Part shown: one piece after another, positions 1 to 10,721 of the stretch
How positions within the stretch are numbered: position 1 is the first letter of the stretch
How the letters are laid out: each line of letters begins with the position of its first letter
DNA from: Chromera velia
Taxonomy: Eukaryota
Reading direction: 5' to 3'
NCBI GenBank assembly: GCA_018398765.1
Contig: JAHBMJ010000356.1
Location: 1 to 49,661, forward strand
Length of the DNA stretch: 49,661 nucleotides
The notes under the pieces: model-generated
Database searches by the model: none
Seen by the model: the letters and a program-made list of their open reading frames with translations, nothing else
Told to the model about the DNA's origin: nothing
Made by a program: the position numbers and the translations under genes

Positions 1-65
1 CCCACCCACCCACCCACCCACCCACTCACTCACTCACTCACTCACTCACTCACTCACTCACTCAC

Positions 66-3000
66 CGAGGGCCCCTCTTCCGAGTCCCATCGTAATGGTC
101 AACAAGGTCGAGGGAGGAGACGGCCCACTCGGGAAGCTCTCTAGGGGGCTGTAGGCATATGAGCAGGTGAGCAGACAGACAGACAGATAGATTTGCACAA
201 AGACAAAGAGGAGGCCCTCTCGGAAAAGGTGTGCGTGCGGACTCTGTGAACAGACAGACCAGCAGACAGGGAGACTTTCTTCAAAGGGAAAAGAGAGGCA
301 GAGAGAGGAGAGGAGAAGCCACCCATGGATCAGGTGCTTGGGGGAGTTCACTCTGCCCCTACAAAATTTTGGGAATGGTGAATGGAAATAAAAAGAAAAC
401 GTCGCCTGGCATCTTCAGTCACACTCCATCCATGCATTCCAGGCCTCTAGAGAGCCAAAGTGAACGTTTCCACTTTTTTTGGCAAACAAGAAATTCAGCT
501 GACTGGCTGACCACTTTGGTTCTTGAAGCTTCGAAAGGTCCCCCCTTTCTCCCTGTCGTACGGGAGAGATCAGGGGCTCTCTGGTTTCGGGGAGGGTCCA
601 ATGGTCTTCCTGTTGTGCCTCCCTCTCCTTCAATCAACTCTTTTTCCTCTCCTTCGAACTCCGCTCTGATAGCGGAACTCATCTCCTGCCGTCGAATGTC
701 GAGAGGCCGAAGACGAGGGGGACGGGTCGGAGGTGCCAGAGCCTTGAGCTCGATGGTAGGCGCGTTTTGTTTATGCAGTGAGAGTATTGGAGGGGGAAGG
801 AGAAGATCTCCTGAGAGCGGGTCCTCTCCGTCTTGTGGTGTGAAGTGCGTGAGTCCAGGAGACGACATGGGATCTTGAGGGGGAGAGACGGAGACGGGTG
901 ATTGAGGAGTAGGTCGAACTTTGGGGGAGGCCTTAGGTTTGGGTTTGGGTTGTTTTCGGGTTTTCTTCTTTAAAGTGTTCTTATGGGAATTAGAACTTTC
1001 GAGCCACATAAGCAGACGTAATTGGAGAGTCGGTTGTTTGCGCAGGGACTTGATCTTCTTCTTCGCACTCTTTCCTTTTCTGCTCTCACCTCTTCTTTTC
1101 TCTGCCGTTGCCTTTTCCTCTTCCTGTTCATCTATATCTCTGTCTAATGTTTCTTGATTGTCGTCTCCCTTCTCTCCTTCTTCTCGCTGGCTTCTGGCAA
1201 GACGCGCTGTTTGCATAAACGCCGGCCCGAGAAACCCCGGTTCTCTGGCCGACCGCTCGGCCATTGCGATGCCCTTCGGCCGGGGGGAAACGAGGGCCAT
1301 ATTGGGGGTGTAGAAGGGGGTGTCGCAACACTGCACAGACAGACAAACAGATAGGCAAAGATGCTTCAGAAACTTTACGTGCCCTTCTTGGAAACCCATG
1401 TACACAATAATTTGGATAAGAAAGAAAGGAAACTGTAACATTGCTCCTGAAAACGTCCATCATACATTCTCTCTCCATCCATGATCGCGACAGGCAGACA
1501 ACGCCAGTTTGAAAGAGAGGAAGCGAAATCAGATGCCACCCACACCGCAGAGATGGAACAGAAGAAAAAGAAACACCTGAGCGACAAAAGATCTTGGATG
1601 CAAAAAAAAGCAAGATGCGGGCAACTCCCCCACACCCTACTGACACTTGCATTGGTGAAGAGTGCAGTGGTGCGGCGGGGGGGTGAGCGTGCCCATGGTG
1701 AGGGTCTCTGAGATTTCCTGTCGCTGTCCCCTTCCCTATCTGTCCCCCCCCTCCCCTTGTCGATCCCAAGGGGGTCCTCCCTCAGACTCCTATCCGACTC
1801 CTGCCGACTGCCAATACCGGAGTGTAGAACGCTCCCTGTGAGCACGTTCGTATACTGACGCTGCGACAAGGACAATGGACGTGGAGACGGTGAAGCAGAT
1901 GCAGACAGAGAGGCGTTGGAGTATTTTCGATTAAATGAGAATCTCCTTGAGGTTGCGAGGAATCCCCCTTTGTCTTTTTGGGGATCTCCTCCTGAGGGGG
2001 GGGAATTGCCTTGGCGGGGCGTGGGGGATGTTTTGGGTCCTGTCAATGTGTCCTCGAAGATGGAGACGGCAAGAGAGGACCTCCCGGTTCGAAGGGGGGG
2101 TCTTCCGGCGGGAAGGGTAATTGGAAGGGGAAGAGTTAGGTCAGGAGAATCTAGGGGCTGGCTTGGTTTTCTTGTGAATTGGAAGGGGAGACCTTGAGCG
2201 GGGGCGGTTTGATGTTTCCTCAAACTTCTGTTCAGGTCGAAACTTTTCTTCTTCTGCATGCTGGCGTGCACAGATTCAGTGAAGGCAGCTGGGGTTCCCG
2301 GTAGGTGGGGGATACTCAAAGTGTTTTCTGATCCCTCCCTCTCCCTCTCCTCAGTGTACAGATCCCGTCTCGACCTGTTGCCCCCAAACGCCTCCGAATA
2401 GTCGAGGCCTCCCCTAGACCCAGGGGGAGAAGGAGAGACCTCTGCTGAGGCTTCTCCCGCAGAAGGGACGACATCGTCATCATCATCCTGTGGGGAAGAG
2501 AGGGGAAGAGGGAGGAGTTGCATGGGCATCAACGGGAAGAGATATGGAGGCATACTGGAAGGAAAAAGTCTGCCCAAATAGTCTTTACACACAAAATGAG
2601 TTGCGAGTCACACAAAAGGCCAGAAGTTGCCGAGCATCAAAAGGACAAGACCAGCCTAAACAATTCCAATACAGCTAGGAAAGACGCTGGACTGAAAACA
2701 GACAGAGGCACAGGGAGGGAGGGAGGAGGTATCCCGATCGAAGAAGAAAATACGGGGGGAAAAAGTCTGTCATTGGTTCTACTTACGCTTCTTCCTCCGC
2801 TCAGTCTGTCCCGAAAACTGCACACACAAGATAGAGCGAGAGTGAATTGGCCGGTGATGGAAGGCGGTTGGGTTCTTCGGCAGCATCTTACTATATAAGC
2901 TGTTCGCTTGTACGCCGGCTGCGCATCCATCAACTGCCAGACGCTCGAGCCTTCTCACACACACTGACTCAGTGACGACTGACAAAGGCACACAAATAGG

Positions 3001-3428
3001 ACAAATATGTAGACTGACTATCACGAGAAGTGATTAATCGAATTCCAAGCTGACAGACTGGCTGATTGACTGACTGATCACCGTGTAATGCAAACATGCA
3101 TGCCATCCTCGTGTCACGCCATTCACGGCTGCCGCCTAGCAAGACTGAGATGGGGATACTAGACTCGTAAAGAGAATAGCCATGCAACAGACGGACTTAC
3201 TGACTTCAGGGAGCGCTGGAGCTTGTGCAGAAGAAAGCCACTGAGGAGGCCCGTCTGTGAGAAGGCACTTCCCCCCAGGTATGTGGTTCCGTCTCCCTCT
3301 ATAGGGACCCATCTGAAGGTTTCGGGTTTCTTCCTAGCGCTCTGGAAGTCTGCCGTCGTCGTCCTCCTGAAGGACAGGAAGGGCACCGACTTGGCACTGC
3401 TCTGCCGGCCCTTTCGCTGCTCCGTCAT
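66..3428 (-). CDS. Multi-exon hypothetical protein gene (Ser/Pro/Arg-rich, low complexity), continuing past the left edge of the window; exon structure only partly resolved
   Basis: Long minus-strand ORFs 1375-2592 and 419-1441 join in phase through an intron 1644..1331 (donor GTCAGT, acceptor ctgtgcAG). There is a pyrimidine-rich acceptor at ~2488, GTAAGT donors at ~3200 and ~2786, and a small exon ~147..66 followed by a GTGAGT donor. Candidate ATG at 3428. No recognisable domain. Confidence 0.45.
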
Positions 3429-4212
3429 GGATGCAGACGATGGGCTCTGTACCTGGACTGAGGCAAGAAACCTTTGGACTTCGCTTTTCTGGCGAGTTGA
3501 GTTAGGTGCACATGGCTGTTGAGTGAGGAGTGGCTAGTTTATGGTCTGGCATATCCAGTTGAAGGACCACGCTCACAGGGCCCTCGAGCGCTGAGCTTAC
3601 AGCGACCTGAAACATACCTTCGGCTGCACATGCAAGGGCAGCTCTCCAAATGTGCTGTATGTACGTCACACTTAATACGTACGTATATGCCTCTGCGGCC
3701 ATGCAGCCGTCTACATACGCACGTATACGGTTGCATGCAGCTTTTCACCGATACACAAGTGCATCCGTTGCTGTATGCACAACACCCGTTGTTGCGCAAC
3801 AGTTAATTAATATTCGACTCATTTCTTGCTCGAGAAAACAACACCATGCAGGCAACAGTGAGCAACAGTGTGCAACGGTGTGCAACAGTGTGCAACAGTC
3901 AATGTCAGTTAATTAAAGCCCTGCGCCCGCAGTGTTACCGCTGTTGCGCAACATGCACTGTTGTTGCACGCAACAGTTGCATGCAACACTCGTCCACGCT
4001 GGAATGAATCGCTTCGTACGTACGTATAGAATGAATTAGATAGATGGCTATATACACGAATATGGATCTACTGACTGCATGAATTCAATTCGCGAACTGA
4101 ATGAACTTTCAGTGACAACTGTGGTAGGGTCATCTGTCATAATGATGGCGGCTGGGTTTCGATGAGAAGCAACAGACTGTAACTCAGACTGAGACAACGT
4201 AAACTCTCCACT

Positions 4213-6336
4213 ATGCTCTTGCGTGAACAAATCCTGGAGTGTACTTCCGGAACACGGGCGTTGCGGCTGTGGGCAGACCACAAAGAACAATTTGGACGGA
4301 AAGAATACGACACCCTGTGTTGCAAACTGCGTGTTTTGTTTCGTCGTCCTGACCGCCAGAGGCACGATGACGGACTGTTGCAGTCCTGCTTGAAAGACGT
4401 TTGTGCTGCAGTAGCTACAAAGCGATTGAACTTCGCCGCTGAAGAGCTGGCACGGATCGTGCACTGCCTGGCTGTCCTCAGATTCCGTGACGAGTCAGTA
4501 CTGGCTCTGTTGGAGTCTGATAGAGAGTGCATCGTTCGGGGACTAGACGCAGTTGGCCTTTCCTCGCTTGCGTGGTCGCTTGCCCAGCTCCAGATGCGTG
4601 TCGATGGCCTTCTGAAAAGCATCGATGAACAGGCCTTCTTTGTGATTGCCTTTGGGAAACCTCGTGAGATCGCGTCAATTCTCTGGTCGTTTGCGAAGTT
4701 GAACTTTCCCGGAGAGTACACAATAGACGCCCTCAACCGGAATGCGCGTGACTTTGCGCTCTCCGCCTCCCCTCGTGACATTTCAAATGTCTTCTGGGCC
4801 CTCGCAACCCTCGAACAGCAGCCCCCTGCCTTGATGACCCAAAGTGAGGATAAGCTCTCAAAAGTTGTGGAGGAGGGCAACCCCCAAGACATTTCAAATG
4901 CAGCGTGGGCAATGGCCACGCGCGGCAGGAGAGCTGCGGACTTTTTTCAAGTCATCGACACTCATGCGGCTTTTCTTGTAGAGGAATGTTCAAAACAAGA
5001 GCTGTGCAACCTGTTTTGGGCAGCCTCCGTGTCCTCTTGCGGTTATGCCAAAAACCTTTGCGAAGGGATCGAGAATCCATCGGCATGTTCCAAATTCCTT
5101 CAGGGGTCAATGCCAATTGACGTTTGCACGCTCGTGCGCGCATTAGTCAAGATGCACAGACGCCCCTATACATTCCTGAGTGCCATTGAGTCTGATCCTT
5201 CCATTGCAATTCCCCGACAGATGCGGGATGGCCACAGCGACGGACAAACAGTCTCCAATATTGTGTGGGTTTTTGCTCACCTGGAGATTTGTTGCCCTCA
5301 TCTTGCTGCTGCTGTTGCTAACATGGCAAGGCAGTTTGTCGAAGTAGCAGAGCCAAGACATGTTGCGATAGTGGGTTGGGGTCTGGCAACGCTGTCTGTC
5401 GATTGGGAGGGGGATGAATATTTTGAAGCGGTGTGTTGGAGTAGGCGGTGTAGAGAGAGAATGGTGAGAGAGGGCAGAGAGAGAGATGTCGCTCAGCTTC
5501 TCTGGGCGATCACCATTCATGGTGCATGGAGTGAGACCATCGAAAGTGCCTTTCTGTTTTTTTGGACTTGTCTAATGGACAGGGGGGCACAGGCCCTCCT
5601 TCCGGAGAACAGAAGACAGACAGCCCAGATGCTGTTTGTGCTTTCTGCAGAGAGACCTGATTTTGCTTCCAGGCTCGTTCGAGAAGCAGCAGACAAGGGT
5701 TGGGATTTGCAGTGTCTCCAAACATTCGACGCCAAAATTCCCAACGAGAGTGCCACACAGGTCCGCATATCCAAATTGCTGCTCTCGATGGGGTGGGAGC
5801 ACGAACGGAGGGTGAATCCCTTCAGGGGCAAAAAAAAAGAGTTGAAAGTGAAAATTGAGGAGGGGGGGGGGATATCCAAAGAGCAAGACGAGAAAGGACA
5901 GTCAAAAGCTCCTGCAAATCCGTTTGAGCTTTCATTGGCGAGTTGCCTTTTTTCTATCGATCTCGCTGATCTAAAATCGAGGCGGGGTGTCGAGATCACT
6001 GGGCCTGTTCACTTTCTAGAGACTGCAGGGGGGGGGAGCACAGATGTTTGGATCGGGTCCACTAGGTGTAAAGACAGAGTACTCCGTGCTTTAGGTTGGA
6101 GGATTGTGCACGTGAGTGGGTGGGCAGACTCGGGCGAGGTTGAGCCTCTTGCCATTGAAGTCAGAGAGGAGGGAGCCCTACCAGTGGAGGGGTTAGAGGA
6201 AGGGGAGATTCCTGAAGAGTCAGCGATTTTTGATGAATCTTTCACTTCAGACGAGGCCAGAGAGCAGACGCGACAAATGCAGAAACTCTTGGCTGAAAGA
6301 CTCAAAACAATCGACATTCATCTACCTTGCGAATGA
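4213..6336 (+). CDS. Helical-repeat (37-aa, HPR/FASTK-like) RNA-binding protein with C-terminal RAP domain, intronless
   Basis: 707-aa ORF, ATG to TGA. Repeats such as GLSSLAWSLAQL, REIASILWSFAKL and RDISNVFWALATL have Trp residues exactly 37 aa apart. The C-terminal SIDLA..GVEITGPVHF..STRCKDRVLRALGWRIVHV matches the RAP consensus (vDia..iEvdGpxHf..t..k.r.L..lGw.vv.v). Confidence 0.85.
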   Translation: MLLREQILECTSGTRALRLWADHKEQFGRKEYDTLCCKLRVLFRRPDRQRHDDGLLQSCLKDVCAAVATKRLNFAAEELARIVHCLAVLRFRDESVLALLESDRECIVRGLDAVGLSSLAWSLAQLQMRVDGLLKSIDEQAFFVIAFGKPREIASILWSFAKLNFPGEYTIDALNRNARDFALSASPRDISNVFWALATLEQQPPALMTQSEDKLSKVVEEGNPQDISNAAWAMATRGRRAADFFQVIDTHAAFLVEECSKQELCNLFWAASVSSCGYAKNLCEGIENPSACSKFLQGSMPIDVCTLVRALVKMHRRPYTFLSAIESDPSIAIPRQMRDGHSDGQTVSNIVWVFAHLEICCPHLAAAVANMARQFVEVAEPRHVAIVGWGLATLSVDWEGDEYFEAVCWSRRCRERMVREGRERDVAQLLWAITIHGAWSETIESAFLFFWTCLMDRGAQALLPENRRQTAQMLFVLSAERPDFASRLVREAADKGWDLQCLQTFDAKIPNESATQVRISKLLLSMGWEHERRVNPFRGKKKELKVKIEEGGGISKEQDEKGQSKAPANPFELSLASCLFSIDLADLKSRRGVEITGPVHFLETAGGGSTDVWIGSTRCKDRVLRALGWRIVHVSGWADSGEVEPLAIEVREEGALPVEGLEEGEIPEESAIFDESFTSDEAREQTRQMQKLLAERLKTIDIHLPCE

Positions 6337-6593
6337 CTTATAATCTATGAACGAACAGAAAATCGGTTTGGTTGCTTGAACTAATGAAGAGTTTTGGCAC
6401 TGTTTTGCAATAAAAATGAAATCTATTCTGGCATTATACATCATTATACGTTTTTAAAGAGAGTGCATGGGAGTCATTAGGAGAGAATACGTAAACAGAG
6501 TCAACATTATATTTAAACCCTTGTTTGGAAAACCAGTGACATGTCTTTCTAAATATAAGAAAACAAAGAAAGATGGTTATATAATAATAATTA

Positions 6594-7195
6594 CACTTGG
6601 ACTTTAAGAGTTACCCGCATATCGCAGTAACTTTAGGGACCATAACCCCCTAAAGTTACCATACTTTAGTAACTTTGACGGTTGCCCTAAAGTTACTAAA
6701 GTATAGTAGAAAGGTTGTGCTATTATAGTGAAACTAGTGAACCTGTGTGAATCCATCCTTTTACGGAGGCGAATGCAGACTACTTTCTTGTACAGAAGTA
6801 TAGAGAAGTTCTTGTTCATCGGTCAGGATCTCTATTTCAAATCACTGCATCAATTAGCATCAATAAGAAATTGTGTTACAGTGTTTTGTACGCTGTTTTG
6901 TGGTTACTATATGTTTGAACTCGATACAGACTTTCAGCTACTTTCACTTACAGAGAAAGCTAGAGAGAAAGAGATGGAGAGATAGGGAGTATAATGGTTA
7001 TTGACCACGTGGGGACGCTCGGGAATCCGAACGGCCCCAAAAAGTCTTTGAACGTGGTTTAGAAAAGAGCTAAATTACGGTAACTTGACCCCTCTAACAG
7101 GCTAAGAAAAGCCGTTGGTAACCAGTAAAAAGTTACGTAATCTAGTAACCCAACTTTTTTGTAGAAGTCCTTTAGTAACTCTTAAGGTCCAAGTA
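6594..7195. mobile_element. Non-autonomous TIR element (MITE), CACT-starting end, degraded
   Basis: ACTTGGACTTTAAGAGTTAC (6595-6614) is the inverse of GTAACTCTTAAGGTCCAAGT (7175-7194), 19/20 match. AGTTAC/GTAACT sub-terminal motifs recur. No intact TSD. Confidence 0.65.
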
Positions 7196-7291
7196 CGTGT
7201 CAATATAGGTTATAAACTAGGTTATAAGAAATAAACGGTTATCATGATGACGACTTAATGCATATAGTAAAGCGATTGACCTAGGCGATTG

Positions 7292-7579
7292 CTAGGCGGC
7301 GCACAGTGGTAAAAAAAAAAAAAAGAATAGACATATCAAGATTCTTTTTTTTTCTTTTTTTTTTTTAGTTTGGTGGTTGAAGGTCCAAGCAAACTTAGCA
7401 AAGGTAGGTTTTGTAGTTAGATGTGTTTTTGTTATATGTTTGGCACTTAATTCCAATAAAAAAAAAAAAAAGATTAGGCTTCTCAAGATTTTTTTTTTTT
7501 ATCTTATATGATTGAAAGGTTTGGTTCGTACTCAAAGCTACTATCGTTTTTTTTTTTTAAATCACTGTGCGTTTCCTAG
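7292..7579. mobile_element. MITE with 8-bp TSD (hAT/P-like)
   Basis: TIRs CTAGGcggCGCACAGTGgt(A)n and (T)n aaatCACTGTGCGtttCCTAG. Exact TSD GGCGATTG at 7284-7291 and 7580-7587. Confidence 0.85.
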
Positions 7580-7734
7580 GGCGATTGACTCATATATGTT
7601 AGCCGTTATGGACATTACTCCAAGCAAAAAGATTAGACTCATTAAATGTAAAGTGTTCCGGATCATAAAAAGAATGATCAAAGGAGGACAAAAACATGCT
7701 GAAGCAGGTTGAGAAATGAGCGGGGTCAAGGACA

Positions 7735-7937
7735 CTAGGGGTAATTTTCAAACAAAAAAATAAATAAAAAAAACGCTCCCATGAACCAATTTTTTTTGTT
7801 TTTTTTTGTTTTCACAACCATGGTGGGGATGCAAAAACACTAGGGAACCACATATTTCTTATATGAAAAAAAAAAAAAAACAAAAAACAAAAAAGTGAAA
7901 ATAACCATTTTTTTTTTTTTTTGAAAATTACCCCTAG
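7735..7937. mobile_element. MITE with 8-bp TSD (hAT/P-like)
   Basis: Perfect 18-bp TIR CTAGGGGTAATTTTCAAA / TTTGAAAATTACCCCTAG. Exact TSD CAAGGACA at 7727-7734 and 7938-7945. Confidence 0.9.
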
Positions 7938-8450
7938 CAAGGACAGCACTATAGGGACAGCAACTATATAAGCACCCCTCTCCAAATCTTCAAATATCTC
8001 TAAGAATTTCTTTATTACGAATCTTTAGATAGAATATGATCAAATAAAGCTTAGAAACATGATCAGCATGCTTAGTTAACTCCTAGGTTAACTCATTAGA
8101 AGCGCTAAATAGAAAATCCTAATAACTTAAATTATAGATCGAACACTGCCGAACAGAAGGAAGGTGCTCCAAATCATATATGGACCAAATGTCTAGCCAA
8201 ATGTGAGGTTTGGATATTCAAACCGATTTTGGAGAGATCCAAAGCTCCAAACCATCTCCATCATATTAGGGTAGCCTTGTAGTAAAGGTGATGTACAGAC
8301 AACCGTAGCAACCCCCCACCCCTTTCTCTAGGTGCAACCTTCCTGGATGTAAACGATTTTTCGTTCAGCCACGTACTAGCTATTGTCACCTTCATGCTTC
8401 CACTCAAGGTTTCGCTTTCCAACTGTATTGATAGATTTGTTCCTTTTTTT

Positions 8451-8787
8451 CTCTCTCATCTGAATGCTTCACCCCTGCTCCAGCTTTCGAAAGGAGAGAG
8501 AATCATGCAGAAATTTTCTCTCTCATCTGAATGCTTCACCCCTGCTCCACCTTTCGAAAGGAGAGAGAATCATGCAGAAATTTTCTCTCTCATCTGAATG
8601 CTTCACCCCTGCTCCAGCTTTCGAAAGGAGAGAGAATCATGCCTTCTTTTTTTCTCTCTCATCTGAATGCTTCACCCCTGCTCCACCTTTCGAAAGGAGA
8701 GAGAATCATGCCTTCTTTTTTTCTCTCTCATCTGAATGCTTCACCCCTGCTCCACCTTTCGAAAGGAGAGAGAATCATGCAGAAATT
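8451..8787. repeat. Minisatellite, 5 near-identical copies of a 67-69-bp unit
   Basis: Unit CTCTCTCATCTGAATGCTTCACCCCTGCTCCA(G/C)CTTTCGAAAGGAGAGAGAATCATGC... starts at 8451, 8518, 8585, 8654 and 8723. Confidence 0.95.
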
Positions 8788-9104
8788 AGAGAAGAAAAAA
8801 GAGAAGCTGGGAGGGAAATTGACAGAAAGAGAGGCCGAGACACTGAATGGGAAAAAGGGAGAGAACGTGTTACTGACATGCGTAGACGGTAAAAGACTGA
8901 GCGAGAAGAAGATGGGGACGAAAAAGAAAAGACAGGATGGAACAGAAACAGAGAAGTGTAGCTGAGAAAGGCAAACACTTCAACCAACCAAGACATACCC
9001 GGCCTAAGTCACATCTGCCACTTGTCATGCAAACAGCTTCATTCATTCCTTCCGGTTTCATGCAACCTCATTCAAAGAATCAATGCCAAAGAAGCCACAG
9101 CAAA

Positions 9105-10112
9105 TCATTCCTTCTCGCGCAATTCGATTTCTTGGCGGTCATACCCAAATCGTGAACCCGCGCTCCAGTCACTAAACTTCTGCACTTTCACTTTTGCCAC
9201 CACAGTGTCTGAAGGACCTGCGAGAACTCCTCTGACTGCCCCAGCTGTCAGTGGAAGAACTGCAAACTCGAGTCCCTTTCTGATGCTGTAGTTTTCAGTG
9301 CGCTCCTGAGTGAGGGAGTCGACTGACTTACAAGTACCAAACTCGTAGTTGGGATCCCCCAACAAATGAAGATCGGAATCCAAAATGCAAACACTTGTGG
9401 TAAGATCAAACACCTCCCATCGGCTTCTCCTCCAATTCCAAAGGGAAATCACCCATCGAACGCTACTCTTGGCGATCCCTTCCGGTTCAAAAGCGAACAG
9501 GGGGTTATGATACCTGGTTCGGTATTTTTCGTCCTCCGCCGTGGCGTCTCGAATGCGGTCCTTTGCCCTTCCTGTGCGGTCCCAGACACGCGCAGAGAAA
9601 CGCGGGGGAGTGGGGGCGGCTCCTTCGGGTGTGACGGCGGGGTGATGCAGCAGGGCCATGTAGAAGGGCCTCCCGTCTCCTGTGAAATCCACGTATGTAA
9701 CCCGGCTGTCTTCTAGGTAGTGGGTGCTTGCGATGAGGAATGCATCTGCGTCTGAAGTGTTCACAAAAGGTCTGGGACCGTGCAGGGGATGCGAGAAGAT
9801 ATCAACGCCGTCCGAATGGAAGCCAAAGAGCGCCCTCAAAATTCGGGTATCTCCATCGAACCACCCCGAGGCTACGTTGAGGAAACGCACAAGATCCTGC
9901 CATTTCTTTTGGGGGACAGAAGACTGGTCAGGGAGAAGAGACCAGATCTCAGTCATACGAGACGAGAGCTGATGGCTCTCTTCTACCACGGCCCAAAGGT
10001 TCTCCTTGGCGCACCTTCGGAGGCGCAGGAGATCAATCAGAGAGAGGAAGGGCACGGCAGACGGAAAGATCACATCGTGCCCCAAAAGAACTGCTCCACC
10101 ATTCCCTGACAT
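9105..10112 (-). CDS. Hypothetical protein (~335 aa), intronless, possible degenerate F-box-like N-terminus
   Basis: Open frame 10148-9105 with first ATG at 10112 and globular-looking composition. AVPFLSLIDLLRLRRCAK resembles the F-box core (weak match). Confidence 0.55.
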   Translation of the reverse strand: MSGNGGAVLLGHDVIFPSAVPFLSLIDLLRLRRCAKENLWAVVEESHQLSSRMTEIWSLLPDQSSVPQKKWQDLVRFLNVASGWFDGDTRILRALFGFHSDGVDIFSHPLHGPRPFVNTSDADAFLIASTHYLEDSRVTYVDFTGDGRPFYMALLHHPAVTPEGAAPTPPRFSARVWDRTGRAKDRIRDATAEDEKYRTRYHNPLFAFEPEGIAKSSVRWVISLWNWRRSRWEVFDLTTSVCILDSDLHLLGDPNYEFGTCKSVDSLTQERTENYSIRKGLEFAVLPLTAGAVRGVLAGPSDTVVAKVKVQKFSDWSAGSRFGYDRQEIELREKE

Positions 10113-10199
10113 GATTCGCAAAGTTGTCCCCGGATGTTCCGGATCCACTCCAACTTCTCAATCGCCCAAGCTCCTCTCATGCAAATCTCTTAATGCCAT

Positions 10200-10721
10200 C
10201 GAAAGCTTCAGGTAGGGGAAGGAATGGGATGCGAATATGCAAAATTTCAGTCTGACTGCAAAATTTTAATTCTGGATGATGATCGACTTTTGAGGCGCCG
10301 TCTCCGCGCGTGCGCGAATTGCGCGCGCGCGACCGCCTCCCCCCCAAATGCATGCAGTCGACTCGATGTCGATCGACTCGTCTGTCGACTCGTCAGGCAC
10401 GTATATGGCACGTATATACGACATGCAATGATGCTGATCGACACGTCCGTCTTCGATTCGATCGGTCGATCTCCTTCATGTAGCTCTGTGACCAGCCTAG
10501 TTGATAGTGACTCAATCTCTTGATACATCGAAAACCGGTGTGACAATCTGATTCCGTTTTCTCGACTAGCAGTGAACCGTATCGAATTTATTTTCTCTTG
10601 TTCGATTCTTCGTCTGAACAGCAGACCGGAGCGACATTACTTTTGAATCGCACGTGTAGCGTAGCAACCGAACAGCAGACTCTCCTTCACTCTCTGACTT
10701 CTGCGTGAGAAGAGAACAAAA
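10200..10721. promoter_or_regulatory. Putative bidirectional promoter between the divergent hypothetical gene and adhE
   Basis: Head-to-head genes ~600 bp apart. CpG-rich tract (CGCGCG.. at 10305-10331), TGCATGCA at ~10348-10355, and clustered TCGA/GTCGAC palindromes. Confidence 0.4.

Noticed and set aside
7302..7569. Transib/RSS-like CACAGTG ends
   Set aside because: The heptamer is internal to the TIR. The true ends are defined by an 8-bp TSD, not a 5-bp Transib TSD.
8451..8787. CRISPR-like array
   Set aside because: The units are contiguous with no unique spacers, there are no cas genes, and the context is eukaryotic.
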